This document shows, one piece after another, positions 1 to 13,000 of a stretch of DNA of 64,000 nucleotides. A program made the position numbers and the translations under genes. The notes under the pieces are model-generated. The model searched no databases and was not told the DNA's origin. It saw nothing but the letters and a program-made list of their open reading frames with translations. The DNA is from Phoronis australis (lineage: Eukaryota > Animalia > Phoronida): positions 102,246 to 166,245 of the forward strand of contig NMRA01000736.1 in the NCBI GenBank assembly GCA_002633005.1, read 5' to 3'. How positions within the stretch are numbered: the stretch's first letter is position 1; each line of letters begins with the position of its first letter.

Positions 1-52
1 TTTTAAAAAATCCTTGATCCGGCCAGCCCTTCTAAAAATCCTGGATCCGCCT
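1..52 (+). mobile_element. Truncated right end of the CAGTGGCGGA...GATCCGCCCCTG MITE family
   Basis: aaaatcctggatccgcc matches the family's 3' terminus. Confidence 0.45.
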
Positions 53-836
53 TTGTCATCTCAGTCACAATTTCATGCTTCAAGGCTCAGACTCAATATG
101 AGATTGATGAACGTTCCAGCAATGGTACAACACTTCAGCTTTTGTTCAACAAATGCACTTACACGTTGCAGAAACCTTCTTGAAATCTCCATGTCAGCGT
201 CGGATCGAAGCACGATTCTTCAAAACTGGCTGATCGCGAGTAACCCCTGAACTCAACGCTTGCTCCAGTGTGTACTGTCATACACGCGTCCGACCCATGA
301 ACCTGTGTCATTTTTGGGCGACCTTGCAGTCGTTTGGAAACGCAAAAGTTATATTTTCTGTCCTACAGATATTAATGCACCACCCGGGCATGCAACTTAT
401 CTTATGCTCAGCTGAACTCAGTTTCCGAAACCACTACGGCTCGCGGCTGATGTAGAACACCACAAGAGCAGAGATTGGATCCACTGATGACGTCACACAT
501 ATATTTATTTTTGTGTTTATTTTTTGTTTAAAAGTACATACATTGAAAAAGAAATACACGGAAAGTCATACAGACATATTCATGATGTTGGTTGCCGATT
601 TTAAGCATGTATAACCATTGTGTGAAGGGTTTAAACAATTTCAAACCTTTATGCGCTTCATAAACGCGCGAAATGCGAATCACCAGAAGTCAAAAGTTCA
701 CGCTCACGTATGCAACGTGTTCCAAAGTGAACGTCAACGTCGTCGGTGTCAGAAGATGGATTCGGGTGTGGGAAATTGTTCCAGACCGGGGAAAGGGGTT
801 CAAAGTTATGACCCGGGCCTATGTCATTATAGTCTA

Positions 837-1610
837 CACCCGATGAGATCAGTCATAATCCCAGGTATAAACATTTTTAGCTGCCAATTCTTTCCTTCCC
901 CAAGAGTGATTATTGAACATAAATTACATTCGTAAACTAGCTAACGGCGTAAGTGATTCTTTACGGCTTAAGTTAACTGTTTGCGACGAAAATTAGCATT
1001 TAATGGCCTAAATCTATCGTTTGCGGCGTAAATCAAATTTTAACGGCATAAATTATTTATTTGCCTGGTAAATTATCTTTTAAGGGTCTAAATTATTTTT
1101 CCGGCGTAAATCATATATGTGAGTAGTAAATTGTTTTTTAAGGTCTGAATTAATTATTTGCAAATGTGAAAAAGTGCATCTCGATTTGGTCGAGAAACGT
1201 AGTAGCGACCTGCAAGTTAAGGCTGGATTTCTACGATGATGTTTTGTTGAAACTTACCAAGAAAATGAAAATGATTGAAATGTTGACGCAATCGACGGCA
1301 TACATGTAAGATTGTGGATCAGAAAGTCGTCTGCCTGGAAGTGTATGTAGTACAAGTATATTCAAAGTAAAAAGTGGTTGACTATGGTTGGCCAAATGGG
1401 TCAACGTTACGCACGTAAATTACGTGCGTTAGTTAATTCTTGCTAGAGGCTTAACATAATTATTTGCGGCATAAAGTACTTATTTCTGGCGTATAGTAAT
1501 TATTTGCGGTTTTAAGTAGTTTTAACGGCGCAAATTTATTATTTCTGATGTCCATGAGCGTGTATTCGGCATAACTTTCGAATAAACGTCCATGGGCGTT
1601 TCATCGGGTG
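837..1610. mobile_element. Non-autonomous TIR element with CAC termini (Transib/CACTA-like MITE) and AT-rich subterminal repeats
   Basis: CACCCGATGA (837-846) and TCATCGGGTG (1601-1610) are inverted repeats. Flanks GTCTA/GTCTT resemble a 5-bp TSD. The interior has repeated ttt(a/g)cggcgtaaat-like units, and 1386-1540 recurs at ~37631-38780. Confidence 0.5.
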
Positions 1611-2285
1611 GTCTTGTCTACGGAAAAAACTGCTAAAAAGTTAAAAATCAAAATCTTCAGACTTTTTCAGTTCAGAGGGTAATATGCTTTTACTGAGATT
1701 CAATCTTGATTTGTGTATCTGGCTAAACACACAAACTTGTAGATAAGGTCCTCTAAAACCTTAGCTTTGAGTAACGCATAAATACTTAAGTACACTCTGA
1801 ATAACAAAAGGCAAAAGCCAATTAAAATGCTCATTTGATGTTGGTAAAGAGACTTTTCTTGGCAGGAAGATAAACTGTTGTTTATTTCCGGAACATTTAA
1901 ATCAGAACCTGAAACATTGAGAATTGAAAAAAATACACGTGACTACATGCAAAAATAACGGACAACGTCGAATAAATGTGACTACTGCACTTCATTCGTG
2001 AAACACAAGGCTTTGTATGAGTCGTAATTTAAAGGAAACTTTGCATGGTTCTCACGGAAGTGGTTGCAGCTTCGATGTGTAATTAGCGAGTACATTGTTT
2101 ATCACATTTGATGGTCCGCGGCCAAACATTTTCCATTAAGAAGATTTAGGACAAGTCGTTAAATTGCCGAGAAATAATTCCGATTTGGGTAAGCCTACAT
2201 GTATACAACACTTTAAAATCGTTGCTTTCCAAACGCCGCTACTTTGCACCAGGTACCCCTTTGTACACGAGGTTTACTAACACAT

Positions 2286-4640
2286 CTAAACGTAACTAGT
2301 GCCATTGAATTCGACTTTGTAACTAGTCGGGTGGCATTGCGGTGTAGTTGACGTTCCGTAACGATCAATTCGAACTTTGTTGTGACTATCACCATCCGGT
2401 GTGGCTAGGACAGTATCAGAGGACGACGCACTAGGATCCTCGTCGTGATAGTTGTACGGGTACAAGAAGAAATTAAGAGTGTTATAAGGAGTCTGAGTAG
2501 AAGGAGCGTCCTCAGAATGAGGCACGTGGTGAACTGCCAAGGAAACCCACGCGACCAGGTCCTCGTCGACAATACTTTCATCGTCGTTGACGAAATCGTC
2601 GAAGTCAAGAACTGGGTCAAAAGGGTCGTTTTGAGCGTAGATTGATGAACTCATTTGCTCCCCATCTTTGTGTTTAGTAACGGCAACTTGGTATTTGGTC
2701 CAGGAAGCCGCATTAGCCCCTGAAACGTTATCTGGCAGGACAAACTTGCCCATACCGATGGGCTTCAGAACAAATCCACGTTTGGTGCCGAATGAATTGT
2801 TCCGGGCGTTATTGTAAATCAAGCACATTTTAGGTTGGTCAAAATTGAATCGGTAAAGAGCTTCTTTCTCTGTAGATCTTAAGGTCCGGTTTAAACGCAT
2901 CTGTGTTTTTTTTCCACCAAACCACACGTTGTCCACTGTTTCCACGCCAATGTCTAAAGTTTCGTATCGATTAGTGCTTCCCAACACGTCTACGTCCACC
3001 TTGAAATGGAAATTGTGAATGTGCATGTTTCCGAAATCATAATTGAAGATCTTGTGGCCATAGTCGTCTTCATTGTTATAATACCACAACACCTGAGGGT
3101 AACCAGTCGAGGCTGCTTTTACTTCAATGGCGCCGTTCAGATGGAAAACATAGTCGATGACGTAATCGTAGTTCCACACGGTGGCAATTTGACGAATTAC
3201 TAGTTGGAAGTGCGGGACCCCGGCGTAATACTTAAATCCTCCCACGTAGTCTGGTGTAAAGTGCCTGCGAAGTGGCATGCCTGTATTCAATTCAAATATA
3301 CACACCGATTTTCGATTCCGCTTTGGCTCATACCAGTTCACGAAATAATCCATGTCAAAGAACGAAGCCGTTTCTGGGCAATCCACGCCGGGCATTAACT
3401 CGAATGACACGTCCCCCATATTCCAGGAAACGTCGTAATAGTTCGCAACTGTAGACAAAATATCAGTGCCTGCATAGATGACAAATGCTTCCTGTAGGGC
3501 CAATTCATATGCAATTCTCTGACCCCGAAATTTTACATCGAACAATTGAAGACCTGTTGAAACTCTTGACCGGAAGTTGAAACTCCACCCCATGTATTCT
3601 ACCTTGCGACCCGTAACAGAATATCGCTTTCCTTCAGGTTCGAACAGTCGAGCACCCATCTGAGGGGTAGATGGCATGCTATGGGAATCCCGTTTTCTGT
3701 AAGAATAATAGTTAGTATAGCTCGACAATGGCACATTGACCTTTTCTACTTCCCCATTATCGTAGGCGGAAACCAACTCTTCAATGCTGTTGAATTGCTT
3801 TCCATTGTAAAAAGCAGATGCAAGGTGCCAATTAGACGTGTCGAGTGATTTGTGGTTGATGGTGACCAAGAAACATACTGGACGCATATAAAAACCTTCC
3901 GAATAAATGAAATACCCGAAAAGGGTTGTTCGTTGCCCAGAGTCGTTCAGCCTTGGTGCAAACTCAAACGGCGCGAGACAGGCCTCCTCTTTAGTACAGT
4001 TGTGAGCGCCAGCACCAAAGCTCTCCTTAAGTACCTTGTAAGCCTTTTCGGATATTTGCATAAGCAGCGCATGAAGAACGGATGCTTCAGCTGAATCAAC
4101 ATATTTGGTGTGATATGGTATCGGGTTACGTCTGTACGACGGGTTTATGTACAGCTTGTGACGCGAAGGCTTCGGCAGTGGGCTCACGACGTACTCTTCG
4201 ATAATGGGGGTGCTTTTGTCTCCTCGATAAACAACCACTAAAGCTTCTCTAACCGGTTTGGGACCGTTCCCATCTAAAAAATTCAAAGCTGCTGCCTTTT
4301 TAGGGAGATGAAGTTCGATAGCGTATATATATCCACTAGCTAAATTCTTGCTTTTGATGACGTTGTCAAAACGTTTCAACCCTAAAGCCAAGTTAAGGTA
4401 GTCCCTAACAGCAATCATTTCGTCATGAGTGAGGTCATCAAACACATCCGGGTTTTTCAGGTCACGCGGTATTACGGTAGACTTGGAACACGTAGCATTC
4501 CCTTGCTTTAGTTTCTCCGGTAGCGTCGGTCCTCCATCCTTATTGGATGAGACTCCCAGTGCGATCGCGAGAGCTACCACGACCAAAGCGAGAACTCCTA
4601 CCGCGATACGGAGACAAAGTACTTCCCTTTTCTTGGCCAT
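2286..4640 (-). CDS. AOC1: Copper-containing (TPQ) amine oxidase, AOC1/AOC3-like, with N-terminal signal anchor; 784 aa, single coding exon
   Basis: Open 784-aa ORF with a hydrophobic anchor (IAVGVLALVVVALAIALGV), TPQ consensus TVWNYDY (Tyr codon ~3168-3170), Cu ligands H-I-H and HHVPHSED, and catalytic-Asp region YYDVSW. A splice acceptor (tttttttaatttcAG) lies 3 nt before the ATG. A possible poly(A) signal is at ~1881-1886. Orthology to AOC1 versus AOC2/3 is not resolved. Confidence 0.95.
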   Translation of the reverse strand: MAKKREVLCLRIAVGVLALVVVALAIALGVSSNKDGGPTLPEKLKQGNATCSKSTVIPRDLKNPDVFDDLTHDEMIAVRDYLNLALGLKRFDNVIKSKNLASGYIYAIELHLPKKAAALNFLDGNGPKPVREALVVVYRGDKSTPIIEEYVVSPLPKPSRHKLYINPSYRRNPIPYHTKYVDSAEASVLHALLMQISEKAYKVLKESFGAGAHNCTKEEACLAPFEFAPRLNDSGQRTTLFGYFIYSEGFYMRPVCFLVTINHKSLDTSNWHLASAFYNGKQFNSIEELVSAYDNGEVEKVNVPLSSYTNYYSYRKRDSHSMPSTPQMGARLFEPEGKRYSVTGRKVEYMGWSFNFRSRVSTGLQLFDVKFRGQRIAYELALQEAFVIYAGTDILSTVANYYDVSWNMGDVSFELMPGVDCPETASFFDMDYFVNWYEPKRNRKSVCIFELNTGMPLRRHFTPDYVGGFKYYAGVPHFQLVIRQIATVWNYDYVIDYVFHLNGAIEVKAASTGYPQVLWYYNNEDDYGHKIFNYDFGNMHIHNFHFKVDVDVLGSTNRYETLDIGVETVDNVWFGGKKTQMRLNRTLRSTEKEALYRFNFDQPKMCLIYNNARNNSFGTKRGFVLKPIGMGKFVLPDNVSGANAASWTKYQVAVTKHKDGEQMSSSIYAQNDPFDPVLDFDDFVNDDESIVDEDLVAWVSLAVHHVPHSEDAPSTQTPYNTLNFFLYPYNYHDEDPSASSSDTVLATPDGDSHNKVRIDRYGTSTTPQCHPTSYKVEFNGTSYV

Positions 4641-6873
4641 TACCTGAAATTAAAAAAAACAGGACAATCATGACAGTGGTGTTAATGTCATATATGCATG
4701 TGCTTTTAATACTTTAGGCTTTGAAGTGATCAGGGCCTAGCGTCTGATATATGTACTTGAAATCGATTTCGATATTATGTTTGATACTTTCCGTTCTTCT
4801 TGCTTTCAAACTCAAGATATTTGTCTTTTAGCCTGTGCTCGGGTCAACGACCTAATGGTAGATGAATACTCATTCCTGGTTGCATTTGATGATTATTACT
4901 TCGTTGAGGCTGCACTCAAAATCACGGTGCTTCACTCGAAACTACTTTCGAGTTCTTCCTCAAGGTTGCAGTTCGAATCTAGTTGTCTTCAAGGACGATC
5001 GTGGACAAGAATTTCGTCTACATAAATCATAACTTACTCTGGTAAAGGATACCACATACTCGAGTCCGCACAAAATACTACAGTAAAAATTAATCTCGAT
5101 TTTCATTCCATGTTGAAAGATTATGACTCCTGACCCAGGTCTCAGTTTAAACCAGGTTTTATGTTTTAAATAACAAGAGCTTGTCTTATTACAAGCCCTG
5201 AAAGTGTACTCCCCGTCGTTTTTCATTTTGCTCTTACATGTATTTGTAACCATGGTGATAAACGTAGTACATGTATTACCGGTCATGTATCATTGCTATG
5301 ATTATTCATGTCACTTCTGTTATCCCTGTACACATTTTAACGTCAGCTGCCTTGAATAATAGTTATACTTCAGCCCCTTCCTGCTTCCATTCCTGCACCA
5401 CGTTCACTGGGTGCTTTCTTTTTTGTTGACGCCAACTGTATGCGGAGGCGGTAACAGTCAAGGCAGGGCTCTTACATTTTGAGAACCATGCAGACTACAC
5501 CTCGAATAACTGATCATTTCAGCCATTGCCTCCTCATTCGCAATTTTACTGTCAGCACCTTCAACCTGCTATCGTTATACTCGTACAGTACACGACAAAA
5601 CTATTCAGACAGAATGATTCGGAATTCTTTGTTATGACGGCCGGATGGCAACATAAATCATCATCAGTGTAGCCTCCGCTAATCAGTTAAATACTGTATT
5701 CAATCTGTGTCCTAATGCCTAGAAATGGATAGGCATTATTAATAGAAAAAATTAGTAAGATCGCTAGATAATTTTGTAATCACAATTTTAATATCACAAT
5801 AGTTGTTACAAGTCATGTTGCTGAAAGTGGAAACGGTAACTTTTTTCTGATTGCTTTTGTCTTGCACAGTATCTAATTCATGCACCATTAGAAAAAGATG
5901 CTGTAGTAATAATATTCATCTTATCTGCGAAATCTGCGTCTGAATTTTAAAAGCTTACTTTGGCCACACATGTTGATAGCCTTGTTCCTTAATCAGTCAT
6001 CAACCCTCTACCTCCCTCTTTCTGTCCCATACGCCTTACGCTCTCCCCCCTTCATAGCCGTAGGGAACATTTGAGTCGAGAATGTGTGGAATTATGATTG
6101 ACATTAATTTCTTTGCTCTCCAACCCTAACTCTCGTCGCAGCCATCTTTTCAAGCTCATGTTACCCCAGAATTTCACATCCTTCTGAGTCAATGTACAGT
6201 AAATACTCAAAAGAGAAATGTACATTTTTTTAATAACGTGATTCAAGTCAAGTCAACAAGTGTACGAAATCCATGCATGCATGCTGAAAGAAATTCATTA
6301 CAACTGTTTCAGAGAAATGTCTATAGTTTGAAATGTTAAAGCTGCGTGTCATCCCCTTTTAAGTTTCAGAAATATGCCTATTTAGCTATGGTAACAGCCG
6401 GTGTCAACCATCAAAGGGAAATGAACACATCACTTGCCGTAACTGACTTGAAACTAACCGATTTTGAATGTGTTAGCCAACCCCGTCAAGCGTGATGGGG
6501 TTTGAATCTCTTTTCAGTTGTTGACGTCTTGAATGATACTTTTGGGACTGGTTTTAGGAATATGAGTGTCTTTGCGTAGCATGCTTGGTATTTGACAATA
6601 TAGGAAGAGAATGAAAAGGACTAAAATTTTTCAGATTACTTTCAGTGAATCTTACTGATACAGAAATTTATGCTGACGCTTTGCCCACATCTATATCAGT
6701 TTTATCCCCTAAAAGAGACCCTAAGGAATGTCACCCATTATCGCTGTTCCTGAAACCGTTAACGTCCTCTTCTTATATCAGTCAAGGTCATTTTGTGACT
6801 TTTATTCTTTGAGTAGGCTTTTAAACCGCGCCTATCTCGCCACAGAAAAAACAGAAGATACAGTTACTTTTTG

Positions 6874-7035
6874 TAGGGGCGGATCCAGGATTTTGAGTGA
6901 ACGGGGGCCAGGACAGAGTATTAGTCAGGGTGTTGCCCGTCAGACATTCGCATCCCGAACTGCAAATAGAATCTGGGAGAATTTTAGGAGGGGGGCATGA
7001 CCTGTTGAGCCCCCCTCCCCCCAAATCTGCCACTG
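6874..7035 (-). mobile_element. ~150-bp MITE, hAT-like CAG termini
   Basis: Termini taggggcggatccagga ... aaatctgccactg. The internal sequence is shared with the copies at 35053, 43027 and 58592. Confidence 0.75.
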
Positions 7036-8244
7036 TTTTATTAATAGGAGCAAATTTCGTGTCTGGCTCAGATAGAGGCGGACCTTACCTGCTCATGGAT
7101 GGTTTCCTGAGCCCAGCTCATTTGCCGGTCGGGGTGTGTTAGCACTCATCACATCCCCTTGGCTACAGATATGCCCCCTTTCCTCTTTGTACATGTATTG
7201 TGCGATTCGTACGAAGCGAGGGTGAACAGGAGTTTAATGTCTGTGTGTTTGACAATAGGCGAGATGGAGCCGCCATGGTACATCATCTAGCTTCTGGGTG
7301 AAAGCGCATATTTACAAATATGAGGACTTGAACGCGTTCATGGTTAAATATTGACAAAATGACTACAATGGACTTTGGAAAGCCAACATTTCAATCAGAA
7401 TGAAACGAGTCAATGAACCCTCGTACATGTCCCGTGCATTTCTGACCAACAGGTGGCGAATAACACAAATATCCCACATCTCTAATCAAAGAAGATCTAC
7501 GCGTGGTGACACGATCGAAGTGTCAGTTGTTTGTAAACTCAGCACCAATCAGAGCAACAAATCTTCCAATGGCTGCCTATCAGCTAACGTATCATGTTTA
7601 AACTGTAGCTACATGTATTTATTTATTGCCGCATTCATGACTATTCTCCTCAGTTCTGATCTCGTCTCACTTCTCAGTGAAACTCTCACGCTTCAATCTC
7701 CAAATAACTCATCACTGACTTCTCACTGGACTAACACGATGCCTGGTCAGCGTGTCGTCTGTTATTCCTCGCCAGGGGATTTCCCTGACCATTCAATATT
7801 TGGTCGATTTCAACTGTTGTTATATTCAAATTTTTTATTAAATGTTTTCTTTTTAGTAATAAATAGTTGGGCTATGATAAAGTTTTGACCGACTCTTATA
7901 ACTGTATTATCGTCACTGCTACCGTTACTGTTAGTATGATACATGTGTACTATCACTTGTAAACTAACCCGTGGCTATGACGCGAGGAGTTTCTGTAATA
8001 AATTAACATTTGGGTGACTTTTCCAATTAAGGAACATTATCGCTTTTCTAACCGAAAACGCGTTTTTTGGGTTATTGATGAATGGGATCAGAGCTGTTAA
8101 ACTACATGTTTAAACCCATTGTGTTTGTGGTTTTATTACACGAGTCGCTAACATAAATTCTCGCCTTTGTCTGCCTATCGTCCACTGAATTCATGGCCAG
8201 TGGCTTAAACAGTAAAACATGGTTAACTAACATTTAGCGAATGA

Positions 8245-8400
8245 GATTAGCAGAGCAGTTGACATTTATGAGTGGCGTCTGACTGCGTCCTTGAAGATTC
8301 CGAGTTCGAATTAGCCCTGACGCTAATCTTAGAAAATCCCCCTTCTTGCCGATATTTTCATGGCCGAGCAAACACGTTTTGTGAGGAAACGGGGCCAATA
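8245..8400 (+). mobile_element. Possible degenerate tRNA-derived SINE head
   Basis: A-box-like tagcagagcagttg (~8248) and B-box-like gagttcgaatt (~8302). No complete cloverleaf. Confidence 0.3.
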
Positions 8401-9634
8401 CGAAATGTTGGCAGTTGCTTGTGCTTTCCGAATAGTTCAACGCATCATGCAAGCGATTTTATTACGTGTTTGCTGGTAAAAACGGTGTCAATTTAATTTT
8501 TAATTTCTCCCAAACTAAATTTTTCATCATCATTTCAGTATCTTGAACTTGAATTGTATTTTTAAAGTTAAAACGGCATTTTAAACAAAAGACAGCTTCG
8601 CTAAAACTTTTGTAAATTCGTCATGGAATGGTTAATCTAACGTCGGGTAAAACGGAAACTAAACTACTGGTTTAAAATCGGCATTATGTTGAGACCAAGT
8701 GTTATTTCCAACTTTTGTCTGGAGTGAAACCCCCAGACTTGAACAACAAGACGAGGTAAACGGTGTCGTTAAATTTCTAGTAGAAACCGAAACATTGGAT
8801 AATAATTTTTCAAATAAATGTTATACGCGCACATGCATGTGTACAAAGCGACATGCACACGGTTCCAATACCACGTAAGAACACATTCTGTGCATGTACA
8901 TGCAAAGTATTTGTTACTTCATAACTTCAACATAAGTTTTCTTCAACATTTCAAATCGTGGTATTTATCTTTGATAGTCCGCCCGGCAATACTTGCTATT
9001 CTGCAATTACCCCTACCGTGCTAAACATCATCCAATAAAATGAAGTATTATGTAATATTTACTCCCACACTAATGATCAGTGTTGTATTGATTCACCGTC
9101 TTTAATGGTCGACCCGTGTCGTGCTTATTGTCAATAATAAATGCGGTATTATTCACGTAATCATGATAAGGAAATTTACTTTGCAACGTAAGATTGTGAA
9201 TAACAATTAAACACGAAGCTTTTTTCTTGGGTAAAAAGCCATTGATCCCAACGCGTTTCTTGTATTGAATAATCGGACTTTTGATGCGAGTCCCACTGCA
9301 TTAGCGCCACCTTGTGAACGTTTTGTTTTTGCATCTGCCTTAAGATTAACCAAGTACCTTGGTGGATCTGTTTAATATATTCCAGTTGAGTGGAGCGAGG
9401 AAGATGAAGATTCAGAGAAGAGTCCGATTAGTGTTGCGCCTCCCAATTGAAACTTAGATTTTCTTTGCGCTTCATTGTGTGCCGCGTTCCCCGATAGATC
9501 TTCATGAAATTTGGCATAATGCTTTTAAGAAGGAAAGGACGTCACCTGTCCAGTTTTACAGTTGCACAGTAAGTTACAAAGTTGGCACTTAAAATACATG
9601 TAGCAAAGCTATCTGTCTATTTGCCTAAGCTTCA

Positions 9635-10031
9635 GAAAACGTTTAGCGGCCTAACAAGAAACTTGCACATATTATGGTGTTAGAGCCTTTATCGTCGTGA
9701 ACTAAAAACCTGGCGCCATATACATGTATTTCAAAAGCAACACAAGCTAAGAGCTGAAATTTTATTATTGTAAAGTTGTATTGTAAACTGTTTGAGGCCA
9801 AAGCTTACGATTTCTGATTCTGATTCTGAAAAACGTTCAGCGGCCTAACAAGAAACGTGCACGTATGGTCTTAGAGCCTTTATCGTCATGAACTATAAGC
9901 CAAGTAATAAAAACCTGGCGCCATATATTTCCAAAGCAACAATGCTAAGAGCTGAAATTTTATTATTGTAAAGTTGTAATGTAAACTGTATTAGTCCAAA
10001 GCTTACGATTTCTAATTCTGATTCTGATTCT
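9635..10031 (+). repeat. Tandem duplication of a ~195-bp unit ending in a (TGATTC)n tail (LINE/SINE 3'-end-like)
   Basis: Units 9635-9829 and 9830-10031 align along their length, and both end in ttctgattctgattct. Confidence 0.85.
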
Positions 10032-10090
10032 TGGAGAACTCTTCGCTTGTACTGTTATGAAATTTCTGTCTCCCCGAGACACGACATCCC

Positions 10091-13000
10091 CCCGGCCAAC
10101 CCGCGATCGAGAACGACCAGAAGGCGATCGAGAACGAAATTTGGCGCGAGAAGCGAAGCCAGAAAATGTAAGTAAATTTGATGAATTTTTAGTTGTTTAT
10201 GGTTTCAATACGTGAGTTCAAGCCGTAGCACACTGAGGAAGGACAGATATAAGTTTAGGCTAGTGTCTCTTTCAATTATTGAAGAAAAGTTACGTTAACC
10301 GATGCATCGCTTGAGCCGAAGGTGATTTGTAGGTCATTTTTGCAAATTTTGGTTATTTTTGGCTCTATATCAATATATTAATCATGAAGTTATGAAGAAA
10401 TGACGTATGAAAATATAACCCTACACTTGTTTTCCGTAGCATTGCCAGGATCTCGGATTTGTGAACACTTTTCTGTTGAAAGAAGCGACTGCGAACGCAG
10501 TGATAAGCGATCGGGAACCCAAATTCGGGTTCGCTAAAGCTATCGGAAACGCATTGTGGTGTGTTGAACAATAGTGAACTTTTTAGAAATAAAAAGTTTT
10601 AAAAGTTACAAAACAAGTTTGGTGCAATGAATTAACGATGTTTTGCGTCATTACTGTGTTACTTTCGTGTCAAAAACTAAATGTCATAGCATAGCATAGA
10701 ATACATTTCGATAAAATCGCCATGAGCACTACATGTACACCGACCGTACTATATTAGTTACGATGATTTTATTTTTATTTCAGGAAACAGTTTTATTGTT
10801 ATTTCCCGGCAAGCTTCTACGACCATGAAAAAATCATTGCCCACGCCGTGGCGGTGCACCCTTCAAGAATTTAAGTACAGACGTCTCCACTGGGAAATTA
10901 CTGGGGAAATGGGACTCCAAAACTAAGACGCACCCAGGAGTTCTTCCACGAGACGTATCAGTAGGTGGAAAACTTCTTTTGAACATTCCGAGATATGGAC
11001 TCCACTGGACAAGGGACACAAAAACTAGACTCCATTCTTCATATGATGACAGCAGTTATAGATTTAGACAACTGCAGAATTGACCCAAGCAGGCAAGCAT
11101 GAGTTGGAATCAAGCTTGTTTCCTACGCATGACCGACTGTAAAATACGTGAACGTATCGACTTTTGTGTTTGATATTTGACCAAAATAGTACGTTTTAGT
11201 TAAAAATTTGAAAATATTGAGGCAACAAAAATGGAAACATTTGGTGGATAAAAATTGAAACAAGTAAAAATGTTTCACATACCCATCCACAGAGCTGTGA
11301 CAGGAAAAAAAGTTTTGAGGGCGATCTAAGCGTAAATTTATTTTCACAGAGGAGCTCGTATGTAAAATCAAAATAGTTAGTAATTAGTCGAACTGTAAGA
11401 AATGATATTAATTTAATCAACTAGCTTGTCGGATTTTAATTGTAAAAGGTACCGCTAAAAATTTGAATTGTTTCAAATACATTCACGTTTACAGGTTTCA
11501 TCTTCAATGAAACCCCCTACTTGTTTTCTGATCATTCTATATGTCAACCACAGGAGCCGGAGTGTATCCAGTGAGACAGTTTGAGTCCGATGAAACCCAA
11601 GAATGTTTTCGCGGCCAAACGCAAGGCATTCATTCTGCATTAGTTTCTAGTCTCATACATGTAACTCCAAGGTTAGTGTTATGTGATACACGTTAACAGT
11701 AATCGTTTTCTTGTATACATTACTTTTTTCCGTAGTCAACTTTCTCTTTTTTCGCCTTTCATCTATTCATTGGCATAATGTCACGTATTTTTGCTGATAA
11801 AGGCACGTTAAGCGCGATTGTTTTAAAAAATATTCAAATCGTGGCATTGTCAAATAAGCACGGCCTTCATGAGCGCCGGGTCAAAATACCCTCTAATAAA
11901 TAAACGTCCAAGTGCTTATGCGTGATATTACGGTATATCCACTACTTCGAAAAACACTAGTGACAAGTGTAATGCTGTTTACAGGCAAGCGTCGAAAGTT
12001 TCAATGGAGAATTGATTATTAATTAAATTTTGAGACCTCATGAGGTAGTAACCCTTTCATTCTCTTCAGTAGACGACATACATGTACGATACAAAATTCA
12101 AGATTCCTTTTTCCAGGGACCATCACTTTGATTCGGAGCAAAGGGATCGGAAGAAGCATCTCCGGGAAAGCAGGGAGAGTCTCGTTGCCAAGTGCGTCCG
12201 CCCATGGTGAGAAAGGAGTGCGACAACACCATTCGCGAGATGACTCTAAGATACCTGCTCATAAGCGACTCGGGTTTAAAAATTTGTCGGAAGTTGTGTA
12301 GCCAAAAGTATTGTGGTGATAAAAGTGGTGGATTTTGTTTGATGGTTTACTTTTAACATCCATATAGAGTTGAACAGACTGACTTGCTACATCCTTGTGG
12401 CTTGCATGCGTTTTGTGTTCTTGGTCATGAGTTCACCGTACTATTTCAGTTCACGGGACATTAAAAAAGAGTGAGAGTAGTTGTAATACACATACTATAT
12501 TATGATTTTCTCAAAACGTAGTCGCAGTGTTGTCTTTAAGTCATTTCAAGACACACTATTGTAAATAAACTGGAAACCAACAATATGAAGGCAAATTCCA
12601 TGATAATAGTAATCTTCAAATCATACATATCTCAAAATTGGTCTTGAAAAGTATATAAAGTATAGCTCAGGGAAATCAACATTACAAAGTCATTGAACAT
12701 TTCCCACGAGGTATTTTGGAATGCATTGCACTTATTATAGACACATGTTTTCTTTTAAAAATGTTATGGTAATAACAATGGTCAATGGCACTTAGTATGG
12801 TCATTTAAATCTACCTAAACACTACAAAAATGCACTGGTTCTGTTAAAGATAGTTAAAATAACACAAATATAGAAACTTTAGGAAAAAAGTTCAAAATAT
12901 CACATCTGGCAACTGCCAACCATAAGCTCTTTTAATCTGAATAAAAACTTAACAAATTTCACTGCTGGACTTTATGAAGTTTCTGCTTTTTATGCCTGCA

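Noticed and set aside
2213-4647. Short ORFs overlapping the amine oxidase on both strands
   Set aside because: They are shadow frames of the real CDS.
7400-7888. 162-aa ORF with several CCAAT-like boxes (possible LTR or promoter)
   Set aside because: It has no recognisable domain, and no second LTR, TSD or PBS was found.
8245-8330. Functional tRNA gene
   Set aside because: Only A/B-box-like motifs are present, with no acceptor stem or cloverleaf.
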